The position numbers and the translations under genes were made by a program. DNA of 64,000 nucleotides from Owenweeksia sp. (GTDB lineage Bacteria > Bacteroidota > Bacteroidia > Flavobacteriales > Schleiferiaceae): the NCBI GenBank assembly GCA_048267305.1, contig JBLWXT010000011.1, positions 65,453 through 129,452 on the forward strand. Direction: 5' to 3'. The notes under the pieces are model-generated. The model did no database searches. It was not told where the DNA came from and was given only the letters and a program-made list of their open reading frames with translations. Below are positions 31,104-40,212 of this stretch, one piece after another; positions within the stretch are counted from its first letter, which is position 1, and each line of letters begins with the position of its first letter.

Positions 31104-31342
31104 AAATAATAATAGCAAAGTGAAACTAAAAGTGAAACTACAACAAGGATAAAAAGCCGGATATAAACCATTTCCCTTCTTCGCATCTCAACAAGGCTCA
31201 TCCGCTTTCTGTTCTTGGCAGCAGCATTTAAAATTATATTTTTCGGGATGCGGTTTTCATTGCTTTCCTTTTTAGCTTTGATCCGCTCTTTAGTCTTTTC
31301 AATTCTTTGCTGGAGGTTACTCCAATTACCCACATATCCCAT
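31100..31342 (-). CDS. Small basic tail-anchored membrane protein (80 aa), hypothetical
   Basis: Its stop overlaps the downstream start as ATGA, which suggests translational coupling. It has a Lys/Arg-rich N-terminus and one C-terminal TM helix (IRLFILVVVSLLVSLCYYYL). Confidence 0.5.
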   Translation of the reverse strand: MGYVGNWSNLQQRIEKTKERIKAKKESNENRIPKNIILNAAAKNRKRMSLVEMRRREMVYIRLFILVVVSLLVSLCYYYL

Positions 31343-31418
31343 ACTTAATAATCCTGTTGTTGGAGGATGAACAAGGTAATTAACTTATTGCTTTACCTTA
31401 ATGATAATTTTTTGAAAG

Positions 31419-31988
31419 ATGCATACACTTGAACCACACTACCTCTGGCGACATTTATACCTGGCCACCAATGATCCCCGTTCGCCATTTTATGGCTATC
31501 AAAATAGCGAGGTTTATTTTACTGATAAAATATATGATCACCTTATCCATCCACAGTGGGACTACTTTGGAGCTGAAACCCTTTTTGTAAAGCAGCTATA
31601 TGCCGATTATGAACAGGGATACACCATACTGGAGTTTATGGGCGAGTGGAATGATGTGCTTCACAATGATATTATGCGATTGAAACGGGAGGTGCTGGAG
31701 CCAATTATGGATGAAGGTATTTCTAAATTTATACTGGTAGGAGATAATCTCCTTAACTTCCATGCTGGCGATACCGATTACTATGAGGAGTGGTTTGATG
31801 AGATTGAAGATGGCTGGGTGGCCTTGATTAATTTTAGGCAACATCTCAGGGATGAGATCAAACAGTATGGTTTGGATCAATACCTAATAGATGGTGGTGA
31901 ACTGGATGAACTGGACTGGCACAGCTGGAGCCCTTCTAAATTTTATAAGAAGGTTAAGGCTTTGGTTGAAAGAAGGTTGGGGGAGTAA
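31419..31988 (+). CDS. Hypothetical acidic protein (189 aa)
   Basis: Clean ORF with non-repetitive sequence. I recognise no family. Confidence 0.6.
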   Translation: MHTLEPHYLWRHLYLATNDPRSPFYGYQNSEVYFTDKIYDHLIHPQWDYFGAETLFVKQLYADYEQGYTILEFMGEWNDVLHNDIMRLKREVLEPIMDEGISKFILVGDNLLNFHAGDTDYYEEWFDEIEDGWVALINFRQHLRDEIKQYGLDQYLIDGGELDELDWHSWSPSKFYKKVKALVERRLGE

Positions 31989-32244
31989 AAGGCCTTGGCT
32001 TTAAAACAATGTTGGCAATAAACCATAGTGTAGAAAAAAAATTTTACCATAAAATTGATTTTTGGGAAAGATTTTGATCTGAAAAAAGATAAACCAGCTT
32101 AGGGTTTGGGTTAACTATCATAAAATGAGGTAGAAAGAATTTTTTAGAAAAATACACTTCATTCTTTTTTTTAATCAGTTTTGCCGCGTGATAGAGTCGG
32201 TTTATCACCTACAAATTTTAAACAAACAAATTCCAAAAACAGGT

Positions 32245-32769
32245 ATGAGAACCTTAAAAGTTTTAACTATTGCCCTTGCTACCAGCGCTTTAATCTTTGG
32301 CTGCGAAAACACCAACACTGATTCAGCTTTTGCTGAGGTAACTGCTACTACTGATAGTATTCAGAACATGAACACTATGTTGATGGACACTCTTAACATG
32401 GTTGTGATGATGAACGAGGAAGTAAAAACTTCCATGGATTCAACTAAGGTGGATAGCACTATGATGGCTACTGTTGCTGCTAACCAAGTTGTACTGGATG
32501 AGCAAAAAGCTACTTTGGAGATGGTAAGCGAAATGGTTGCCAGCTTTCAAGGCGCTGTAGCTACTAACGATAGCACAGAGGTTAGTGCTGCTGACGCTAC
32601 TGCAAAAGTTGAGGAAATTAAATCTCAACAAACAGAGGTTTTTACAACTCTTTCTGATGTAAAGTCTGAGCTTACCCGTATTGGTGGTGAACTTAAGGCA
32701 ATCAAAGCTGCTAAGGCTGTAACTACTGAAGAAGTTGCTCCTGCTGCTGACATGACTGCTAAGAAGTAA
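32245..32769 (+). CDS. Met/Thr/Ala-rich helical lipoprotein, hypothetical
   Basis: The start at MRTLKV gives a signal peptide with a lipobox (ALIFGC). There are 13 Met in 174 aa, clustered between residues 40 and 107. Confidence 0.65.
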   Translation: MRTLKVLTIALATSALIFGCENTNTDSAFAEVTATTDSIQNMNTMLMDTLNMVVMMNEEVKTSMDSTKVDSTMMATVAANQVVLDEQKATLEMVSEMVASFQGAVATNDSTEVSAADATAKVEEIKSQQTEVFTTLSDVKSELTRIGGELKAIKAAKAVTTEEVAPAADMTAKK

Positions 32770-32793
32770 GGAACGAGTTTCTTGTAACAGGAG

Positions 32794-32831
32794 ATCCCGC
32801 CATGGCTTAGCCGAGGCGGGATTTTTTTTTT
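32794..32831 (+). terminator. Rho-independent terminator
   Basis: ATCCCGCC-loop-GGCGGGAT followed by T10. Confidence 0.85.
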
Positions 32832-32882
32832 AAAAATTCTAAATGAAATTAGTACCTGATTACACATTTGAGATCACTCTTA

Positions 32883-33323
32883 TCAAGATAGCATTTCCAC
32901 CACAATTTTATCTATGGGTAATTCGATGCGTTGCTTCTTTAGGTTATCCAAATAGCACCAGTAAAGTATTTGGTCTTCATTTTCCTTTAACAGAAATAGC
33001 TTGGTGGGATCTTCCGTTTTGATCTTATCCAATTCTTTCGTAGAGACCTTATAATATATACTCAACACCTGCTTAGGCGGGTTGTGAAAGGCCGAAGGAA
33101 AGTAACCTTCAGTAGTGTAAAAGTGTTCAATTGAAGAAAGTGTAATGCCCACTTCCTCCATAAACTCTCGCTTTAAGCAATCTATTACTCCCTCTCCAAA
33201 TTCTAAACCACCACCAGGAAACTTGGTGTACAAATCTCCATGAATATTTTCTCGCGAAAGCAGAATTTGCCCATTTTGGATAAGCAGGCCGTAAACGCGG
33301 ATGGTAAAGGAGGTGGGAAGCAA
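32883..33323 (-). CDS. NUDIX hydrolase
   Basis: Nudix box GGGLEFGEGVIDCLKREFMEEVGI. The ORF-track start is a TTG codon and there is no in-frame ATG upstream, so the start is uncertain. Confidence 0.8.
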   Translation of the reverse strand: MLPTSFTIRVYGLLIQNGQILLSRENIHGDLYTKFPGGGLEFGEGVIDCLKREFMEEVGITLSSIEHFYTTEGYFPSAFHNPPKQVLSIYYKVSTKELDKIKTEDPTKLFLLKENEDQILYWCYLDNLKKQRIELPIDKIVVEMLS

Positions 33324-33417
33324 ATTTTTTAAAATTTAAGGTTGAAAGTTAAATGTTCAAAGTTGTTCAGTTACTTGAAACTTTCAATCAAATATACGTA
33401 GTGGCTAAAATATTAGC

Positions 33418-35460
33418 TTACCTAAGGCTATTTCTAAACAGAGTAATACTTCCATTTTTTGATCCGGGTGAGCCATCATGCAAGGTGTAGTTAAGTATGT
33501 AATAGTAAACTCCATCACTCGCTTTCTGTCCATTTTCAGCATTACCATCCCAAGGCAGGTTTTGCTGAGATTTTACAAGTACGCCATATCTGTTGTAGAT
33601 GTTCAAAGTGTAGTCAGCAATATCTTCTCCCTTTATGGTCATTAAGTCATTCTGCCCATCTCCATTAGGGGTAAATACATTGGGTACTTCAATTTGTTGT
33701 TTATTAATGTAAACGGTATCGTTCAGCTCAATCACGCAATTATCTTTTGTTACTATGGTGGTTGAAATAATGTAGGGCCCCGAGGCAGAATAACTGTGAG
33801 CGCTATACCTATCTGTAGATGTGGAGCCATCACCAAAATCCCACGTAATTGGTTCGGATGAACTTGCCGATTGATATGAAAAATCAATGGGTTCACCAAT
33901 GTCCGTTCTTTTAGGTTGAATGATGATATCGAAATCAGGTTCAGGATAGAGTGTAACAAACACTGTATCATAATAGGTTTGAGCATCACACGGGAAAGTC
34001 ATGGCTACCCAATAAGGGCCGGCTGTATCTGCGCGAATAGTTTCTGTAGTATCTCCGTTGGACCACCTAAAGGAAGTGCCGTGAATGCCCGGCCTTGTAA
34101 TATCAAGAAAATCACCTCTACACATGGTTAAGCTATCCACAGTAAATAACTTTGAAAAATCACGGATAGCGTTACATACAGAAATCACTGAATCCAAATA
34201 AGGTATAGAAGTTAGATAAAACACCGAATCGGTTAATACCAGTGGGGTGGTAATAGGTTGATTTTCAAATGATGCTAATACCAAAGAAGCGGAAACAGTA
34301 TCAATTACAGAAGTATCATTACAAAAGAAATTCACTTCTTCCATAGACATACGTGCTATCATAAGTTGATTAACGAATGCCCCGTTAACGTAATCAACAA
34401 TTTGAGCTGTTCCATATAAACTTTCTTTTTGTAGCTCCACTGGCCCAAAGTTGCCAATAGCATAGTTTGGTGAAGTGCCTAATTGAAAATTCCTTTTAAA
34501 TCGACCGTTGGCACCCACTTCCATAATAGCAGGATATATTTCAGAAGAAGTACTATCGGTAATAACATTCCAGCCCCAACCTAGCAGGTTGCCACGGTTA
34601 TCCCTTCTTAAAGACCATGGGGTAAAATCCTTAGCCAGTTGGCCCCCCGTCATTACCTGACCATTGTTGTTTATTCTAAAAAGAATGGCGTCTGGCGAAT
34701 TGTGTACATCGCTAAGCAAAATAAAGCCAGAAGAGATTTTGGCGGCTCCTCTTATTTGTTCAATACCGCCATATCTGGCTTGCCATTTAACCTTACCCGG
34801 TTTATTCACAAACATCATAGTTGTATCGTTTCCTACCACAAAACCATCATTTCCGATAAACTCCAAAAATGGATAGTTCTTCATAGAAGGAAACTCATAG
34901 GAATGGGCATAAAGAATGTTTCCTGCTGTGTCAAGCTTTATAGCACCAATTTCACCCTTACCCCAACCATGTATGCCTCCAATCCAATAATCACCATCTT
35001 TATTTATGTCAAAATCTAAAATTTCTTTTCCGTTATAAGGAACGGAGAATTTTTTAGCTAGCTCAACACTTTTGCCGTCTTCGGAAAATCGCATTATTAC
35101 CCAATAGACTTGTCCATTTTTTGAGGCATTGGTGACAAAAACTGGTCTCATTTTACTGTCTATCTGTAGTAGGCTTACATCGTTGGTGTAAAGGCTAAAA
35201 CTATGGTCAGATTGGTGTTGATAGGACCAGTCTAAAACACCACATTCATTATACTTGCTTAGAATAAGTGAGTAAACTGGACCATTCTGCATGGTAATAA
35301 ATGAGCCGTCTGGTAGAACCTGAATATAGCTTTGGTAACCATTGCTGGTACCATAGTATTTTTTAAAAAACTCCTGTGAGTGGCCTGTTTGTAACAGGCA
35401 AAACATACCAACCAATAAGCAAAGTCTAATTGATAAGATGTTGGAAGTTTTGGAGGACAT
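33418..35460 (-). CDS. T9SS type-B (gliding-motility CHU_C-like) C-terminal sorting domain protein with a PKD domain
   Basis: 680 aa with a signal peptide. PKD motif WDFGDGSTS....HSY. The C-terminus reads VPNVFTPNGDGQNDL....YNRYG..V......WDG......ASDGVYYY. Confidence 0.85.
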   Translation of the reverse strand: MSSKTSNILSIRLCLLVGMFCLLQTGHSQEFFKKYYGTSNGYQSYIQVLPDGSFITMQNGPVYSLILSKYNECGVLDWSYQHQSDHSFSLYTNDVSLLQIDSKMRPVFVTNASKNGQVYWVIMRFSEDGKSVELAKKFSVPYNGKEILDFDINKDGDYWIGGIHGWGKGEIGAIKLDTAGNILYAHSYEFPSMKNYPFLEFIGNDGFVVGNDTTMMFVNKPGKVKWQARYGGIEQIRGAAKISSGFILLSDVHNSPDAILFRINNNGQVMTGGQLAKDFTPWSLRRDNRGNLLGWGWNVITDSTSSEIYPAIMEVGANGRFKRNFQLGTSPNYAIGNFGPVELQKESLYGTAQIVDYVNGAFVNQLMIARMSMEEVNFFCNDTSVIDTVSASLVLASFENQPITTPLVLTDSVFYLTSIPYLDSVISVCNAIRDFSKLFTVDSLTMCRGDFLDITRPGIHGTSFRWSNGDTTETIRADTAGPYWVAMTFPCDAQTYYDTVFVTLYPEPDFDIIIQPKRTDIGEPIDFSYQSASSSEPITWDFGDGSTSTDRYSAHSYSASGPYIISTTIVTKDNCVIELNDTVYINKQQIEVPNVFTPNGDGQNDLMTIKGEDIADYTLNIYNRYGVLVKSQQNLPWDGNAENGQKASDGVYYYILNYTLHDGSPGSKNGSITLFRNSLR

Positions 35461-35533
35461 TGTAGTAAAATGTTTCAGGGCGGGAAAATAAATAAATTTG
35501 CAGAATACCCTTACATGGAATTAGCGATCGTAT

Positions 35534-36202
35534 TTAAGCCTTCCTCGCTCTCACCATCTCTCTCTTCCCTGGTGGGCCGGGGATTTTTTCTACCTGAAAA
35601 CCCGCAGCCATCATGTTTCTACGTACATAGCCTTTGGAGCAGTAGGTTACTAAAATCCCTCCTGTCTTAAGGCTTTCAAACATACTTTTAAAAATGTCGA
35701 TAGTCCACAAATTGGGCTGGGCGCCAGGGGCAAAGGCATCAAAATAAATGAGGTTATATTCCGCAGTAGCGGAGAAATTCTTAAAGTCTATCTCCTTTTT
35801 TAAAATGGAGAATTTTGGGGTGATCTCAATCCATTTTTCCCAAACCACCTGATGAAGTTCCGTGAGGTACTTCATGATTTTTCTACCGCCAAGCATTTCG
35901 CCATAGTTTAGCTCCATTACCTCATTCATGCTTAGGGGGTACTTCTCTAAAGTTGTAAATAGTATTTGTAGGTTGTTTTTCTCTGCATCAAGCAAGGTGA
36001 GCAGGGGGGTGAGCCCTGTGCCAAAACCTATCTCTAAAATATGAATGGGCTCGCTATTGTTTAAAAACTGATGTAGCCCGGCCTCTATAAAAACATGGAG
36101 AGACTCCTGTAAAGCACCGTGGGTGGAATGGTAGTGTTGCTCCAATTCCGGCACAAACAGGGTAGAGGAATTGTCGTTGGTTTTTACAACTTGTCTATTC
36201 AT
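35534..36202 (-). CDS. mnmD: tRNA 5-methylaminomethyl-2-thiouridine methyltransferase MnmD (stand-alone MnmC methyltransferase domain)
   Basis: 222 aa with LEIGFGTGL, IYFDAFAP and a C-terminal GPPGKREM.RA. Confidence 0.8.
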   Translation of the reverse strand: MNRQVVKTNDNSSTLFVPELEQHYHSTHGALQESLHVFIEAGLHQFLNNSEPIHILEIGFGTGLTPLLTLLDAEKNNLQILFTTLEKYPLSMNEVMELNYGEMLGGRKIMKYLTELHQVVWEKWIEITPKFSILKKEIDFKNFSATAEYNLIYFDAFAPGAQPNLWTIDIFKSMFESLKTGGILVTYCSKGYVRRNMMAAGFQVEKIPGPPGKREMVRARKA

Positions 36203-36662
36203 TGAGTTTAAACGCCATCCTTTTTATTTTAGGCAACGGACCCTGGCAATACACCTGGTGACAACTGGCACAGGTAAGTACCATTTCGTTATACGCAATT
36301 TTAGCCTGAGCAGGGGTAAGGGCATTTTCAATTTCCTTAAGGTCATCTTTGTATTGATCGGCCAATGCTTCAAAAGTGTTTCTGTTTTTATCAGAAATCA
36401 TTCCTTTAGTGGCAACAGCATCATGCAGGGTGTAAAAGTCTTCCGGAAAACTTGGAGGCATTTCACCATTCTCGAGTTTTTGCTTCAGCTCCAGATTGGT
36501 GTCATACATTTTACGCATCAGTAAAACCAGTTCACTGGCCTCAGACATTTCCAGCTTCTTGGTTTCCTTTACCTCAGATTTGGCTTCCGTTTCTGTTGAC
36601 TGGTTACACCCAATAAAAAAGGATGCCCCAGCGAGGCATCCTGTAATTAATATCTTACGCAT
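36195..36662 (-). CDS. Lipoprotein with a C-terminal CxxCH heme-c motif (class II cytochrome c-like?)
   Basis: 155 aa with a lipobox (FFIGC). It is predicted helical and has a single CASCH 20 residues from the C-terminus. It overlaps the mnmD start by 8 nt. Confidence 0.6.
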   Translation of the reverse strand: MRKILITGCLAGASFFIGCNQSTETEAKSEVKETKKLEMSEASELVLLMRKMYDTNLELKQKLENGEMPPSFPEDFYTLHDAVATKGMISDKNRNTFEALADQYKDDLKEIENALTPAQAKIAYNEMVLTCASCHQVYCQGPLPKIKRMAFKLNE

Positions 36663-36665
36663 CAG

Positions 36666-37175
36666 TTATGATTTTGGCTTAATGATAACACCGGTGGCCA
36701 CATAGGTAACACCTACTTCAGGTTCGGTAATTTCGGCAATCTCCTCTTCCGATTTACCGGCATCTTCAGCAAGGTGCTTCAGCATATCCACATCAGTGGT
36801 GGTAACCTTGGCATACCCTTCCAAAATAGCTGTTTCGCCATCAAGGTTTTTAGGTACAAAAAACTCGTAATCCTTAAAGGATACACGCATTTGCTCGCCA
36901 TTTCCAAGGTCCATCTTCATCCAGCAGCCCTTCTTTTGGCAGGATTCAGTTACTATACCTTCCACCTTCATAGCGGCCGAATCCGAACCTTCCATTTTGG
37001 TAAGTAAGTCTGCAACCGGTATTGCTCCCTCATCTGTAATGGAGTCGCCATAGTATTGGTAATCAGGATTTATTTCAGAAACCGCAGTTTCCGTTTCCTC
37101 TTCAGTTTGGTTTGTAGTATTATTGCAGGCTGTAAGCAGGCTCACACTCAAGAATAAAAAGGCTAGCTTTTTCAT
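36666..37175 (-). CDS. DUF4920-like lipoprotein
   Basis: 169 aa with a lipobox (LLTAC). The motif is CQKKGCWM...FKDYEFFVPK. Confidence 0.7.
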   Translation of the reverse strand: MKKLAFLFLSVSLLTACNNTTNQTEEETETAVSEINPDYQYYGDSITDEGAIPVADLLTKMEGSDSAAMKVEGIVTESCQKKGCWMKMDLGNGEQMRVSFKDYEFFVPKNLDGETAILEGYAKVTTTDVDMLKHLAEDAGKSEEEIAEITEPEVGVTYVATGVIIKPKS

Positions 37176-37199
37176 TTTTTTTACTAAATTTTAGGGTTC

Positions 37200-37207
37200 C
37201 AAATATA
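37200..37207 (-). promoter_or_regulatory. Candidate -7 promoter box (TATATTTG) for the DUF4920/cyt-c-like/mnmD operon
   Basis: Exact TAnnTTTG, 25-32 nt upstream of the ATG at 37175. Confidence 0.4.
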
Positions 37208-37257
37208 CAAATCTGAAGAATTGTAGCAGCCCCCTCCATAAGAATCATATTATTAGC

Positions 37258-38307
37258 ATGAAAATATCTAAAGTAGAGAAGACAAGAATTGACTCGGTTG
37301 ATTTTGACAACCTCGTTTTTGGTAAGGAATTTAGTGACCACATGTTGGTGTGTAAGTATAAGGATGGTAAGTGGGAAGAGCCGGAAATTAAGCCTTATGG
37401 CCCGTTTAGTTTTACGCCTGCTATGCATACCTTGCATTACGGACAGGCTATTTTTGAAGGCCAGAAGGCCTATTACAGGAAAGATGGTAAAATAAGTATT
37501 TTCAGGCCAGAGGCTAATGCCAAAAGGCTTAATCATTCGGCCAGACGTATGTTTATGCCAGAATATCCGGTAGAACAATTTGTGGAAGGTGTAACCAAGC
37601 TGGTTGATATTGATCGTGCCTGGGTGCCAACCACACATGGTCATTCACTATATATCAGACCTTTTATGTTTGGTAGTTCTGAGTTTGTTGCCGCTCGTCC
37701 TTCAGATGAATATATCTTCTGCATAATTATGAGTCCTGTAGGGCCGTACTACTCGGGAGATGTAAAGGTAAAAGTGGAGGAAACCTATACCCGAAGTGCC
37801 ACAGGTGGAGTAGGTTCTACCAAGTGTGCCGGTAACTATGGCGGTGCATTTTTTGCAACCGACCAAGCCAAGAAGGAAGGTTACACTCAGGTTATTTGGA
37901 CCGACCACAAGGATCATGAGTTGATTGAAGAATCAGGAACCATGAATGTGGGATTTGTTATAGACGACACCTTTATCACTCCACCCCTAAGTGAAAGAAT
38001 TTTGGCAGGTATTACCCGTGAAAGTATTCTTACTTTATTGCGAGATACCAACATTGTAAATAAAGTAGAAGAACGCCCCATAAAGGTAGAGGAGGTTATA
38101 GAGGCCGCCAAGCAGGGAAGACTGCAAGAGGCTTTTGGAATGGGCACGGCAGCTGTAATAAGCCAGATTTCTCAAATTGGTTTTAGAGGTACAGATTATG
38201 ACGTAGCAACTCCGGATGATGGTTATGCTGCAAAAATTAAAAATGCCTTAACCGATATCCGTATGGGAGTGGTTGAAGATAAATACAACTGGATGGTGAC
38301 TTTGTAA
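37258..38307 (+). CDS. ilvE: Branched-chain amino acid aminotransferase
   Basis: 349 aa, fold-type IV PLP enzyme (HYGQAIFEG, KCAGNY, GITR). Confidence 0.93.
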   Translation: MKISKVEKTRIDSVDFDNLVFGKEFSDHMLVCKYKDGKWEEPEIKPYGPFSFTPAMHTLHYGQAIFEGQKAYYRKDGKISIFRPEANAKRLNHSARRMFMPEYPVEQFVEGVTKLVDIDRAWVPTTHGHSLYIRPFMFGSSEFVAARPSDEYIFCIIMSPVGPYYSGDVKVKVEETYTRSATGGVGSTKCAGNYGGAFFATDQAKKEGYTQVIWTDHKDHELIEESGTMNVGFVIDDTFITPPLSERILAGITRESILTLLRDTNIVNKVEERPIKVEEVIEAAKQGRLQEAFGMGTAAVISQISQIGFRGTDYDVATPDDGYAAKIKNALTDIRMGVVEDKYNWMVTL

Positions 38308-38333
38308 AAAGTAATTCTTTTTGTTTATGATAC

Positions 38334-38363
38334 AACCCGAAGAGAAATCTTCGGGTTTTTTTG
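38334..38363 (+). terminator. Rho-independent terminator after ilvE
   Basis: AACCCGAAG-loop-CTTCGGGTT followed by T6. Confidence 0.85.
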
Positions 38364-38578
38364 TTTTCTTGATAGGCTTGTTTGGGCTTCGACTAAAGCC
38401 TGTCTTGAGCTTTTAGTCGAAAGGTTCAGCCACGGGGCTAGGTGTTTCCGTGAATATGGATATTCCTAAAATCATAAATAAGGGACAGTAGGCAAGCCAC
38501 AGTGGCAGTTGTCGCCCTTAGCATTTTATTAGGTAGGGTAAACTCAGGCCAAAGGGAATTCAATGTTTTCTAACAGCA

Positions 38579-38611
38579 CAAAAAAACCGCCCCGGTTTCC
38601 CGAAGCGGTTT
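38579..38611 (-). terminator. Rho-independent terminator after metK
   Basis: The minus strand reads ACCGCTTCGG-GAAA-CCGGGGCGGT followed by T7. Confidence 0.85.
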
Positions 38612-38630
38612 AAAATCTATTATCTAAATC

Positions 38631-39884
38631 TTAAATCCCAAAAGCAGCTTTCACTTTATCTACATAATCTAGCTTTTCCCATGTAAATAGTTCTACGTCC
38701 ATGGTTACATCTTCACCATTGGTGCCATGGAAAGTTTTAGTAACCGTTTCTGGCGTGCGGCCCATGTGTCCATAGGCAGCGGTTTCGCTATACATTGGGT
38801 TACGCAGCTTTAGGCGTTGCTCAATAAGTCCCGGGCGCATATCAAACACTTCAGAAATCTTCTTGGCAATTTGACCATCCGTCATATCTACTTTTGCGGT
38901 ACCGTAGGTATCTACAAAAATTCCCATAGGTTCCACAACGCCAATGGCGTAGGATACCTGTACCAAAATCTGATCTGCTAAACCTGCAGCTACAATGTTT
39001 TTGGCAATATGGCGGGTAGCATATGCAGCAGAGCGGTCAACCTTGCTTGGGTCTTTTCCACTAAAAGCACCACCACCGTGAGCACCTTTGCCACCGTAGG
39101 TATCCACAATAATCTTACGGCCAGTAAGCCCGGCATCACCGTGAGGTCCGCCAATTACAAATTTACCGGTTGGGTTAATGTGGTATTTAATATCGTCAGT
39201 AAACAGCTTTTGAAGCTCGGGTTTCAACTTTGCTTTTACTCTTGGTATAAGTATTCCAACTATATCACTCTTAATTTTAGCCAACATGCTGGCTTCCTCC
39301 GCAAAATCATCATGCTGGGTAGAAACTACAATGTCAGTTATCCTTTGAGGTACGTTGTCATCAGAATACTCAATGGTTACCTGAGATTTTGCATCAGGAC
39401 GTAAGTAAGGAATGTCGGTACCCTCTCTTCGCATATCCGCCAGCTCAATCAATATTTTGTGACTTAAGTCAAGAGCCAAAGGCATATAGTTTTCAGTTTC
39501 GTTGGTGGCATAGCCAAACATCATTCCCTGATCACCTGCACCTTGCTCTTCTGGTGTACCACGGTCAACACCCTGGTTAATGTCTGATGATTGTTCATGA
39601 ATGGCAGAAAGCACGCCACAGCTATCTGCTGAAAACATGTACTCACCCTTAGTATATCCAATTTTACGGATCACTTCGCGGGCCACTGTTTGCACATCTA
39701 CATAGGCCTGCGACTTTACCTCACCGGCAAGTACAACCTGCCCGGTAGTTACCAAAGTTTCGCAAGCCACTTTGGAGTTTTTATCAAAAGCCAAAAAGTG
39801 ATCAATTAGCGCGTCAGAAATTTGATCAGCGATTTTGTCCGGATGTCCTTCAGAAACAGATTCTGAAGTAAATAGATAAGCCAT
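38631..39884 (-). CDS. metK: S-adenosylmethionine synthase
   Basis: 417 aa with [17 protein letters not shown] and [16 protein letters not shown]. Confidence 0.97.
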   Translation of the reverse strand: MAYLFTSESVSEGHPDKIADQISDALIDHFLAFDKNSKVACETLVTTGQVVLAGEVKSQAYVDVQTVAREVIRKIGYTKGEYMFSADSCGVLSAIHEQSSDINQGVDRGTPEEQGAGDQGMMFGYATNETENYMPLALDLSHKILIELADMRREGTDIPYLRPDAKSQVTIEYSDDNVPQRITDIVVSTQHDDFAEEASMLAKIKSDIVGILIPRVKAKLKPELQKLFTDDIKYHINPTGKFVIGGPHGDAGLTGRKIIVDTYGGKGAHGGGAFSGKDPSKVDRSAAYATRHIAKNIVAAGLADQILVQVSYAIGVVEPMGIFVDTYGTAKVDMTDGQIAKKISEVFDMRPGLIEQRLKLRNPMYSETAAYGHMGRTPETVTKTFHGTNGEDVTMDVELFTWEKLDYVDKVKAAFGI

Positions 39885-39930
39885 AGTCTTTCTTTAAATA
39901 AAGTTATTGTCTTGTTAAACTCCGATAAGA

Positions 39931-39995
39931 TTGTCTGCAGAAAATGGCTAAAGGACACTGCTTTAGCATTTTTTTAGGTGGTTGCAATCAGACAA
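39931..39995 (-). promoter_or_regulatory. Structured metK 5' leader element (nested helices); possible attenuator or small riboswitch, class unassigned
   Basis: On the minus strand, an outer 7-bp helix TTGTCTG/CAGACAA encloses a 12-bp hairpin with one bulge (AAAATGCTAAAG-CAGTGTC-CTTTAGCCATTTT). It lies 47-111 nt upstream of the metK ATG and downstream of a -7 box. Confidence 0.35.
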
Positions 39996-40012
39996 ATTTC
40001 TCCACGGGTGGG

Positions 40013-40020
40013 CAAATGTA
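40013..40020 (-). promoter_or_regulatory. Candidate -7 promoter box (TACATTTG) for metK
   Basis: Exact TAnnTTTG on the minus strand, 129-136 nt upstream of the metK ATG. Confidence 0.4.
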
Positions 40021-40212
40021 AAATAAAAATTAAGGAAACCTTTATCCCCTTTGCATACTGTAGAATTTATCCAATAAAGCTTCAGTGTGAATAAAACTTA
40101 TATGTTGATAATCAAAAGTATATGTATTGGGATGATGCAAATTGGGCGAATCTAAGCTATGCCTGACTAAAGACATTTGGAGCGCATTGAAATTTGATGT
40201 TAATTTGCTGTA

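Noticed and set aside
37120-37644. 174-aa minus-strand ORF overlapping ilvE and the DUF4920 gene start.
   Set aside because: It is antisense to ilvE, which has clear family motifs. The translation has no recognisable features.
39941-39978. Hairpin plus T7 that reads as a plus-strand intrinsic terminator.
   Set aside because: No plus-strand gene ends here, because the upstream gene, metK, is on the minus strand. I interpret it instead as part of the metK leader structure or as insulation of antisense transcription, and I have reported it as a leader element with low confidence.
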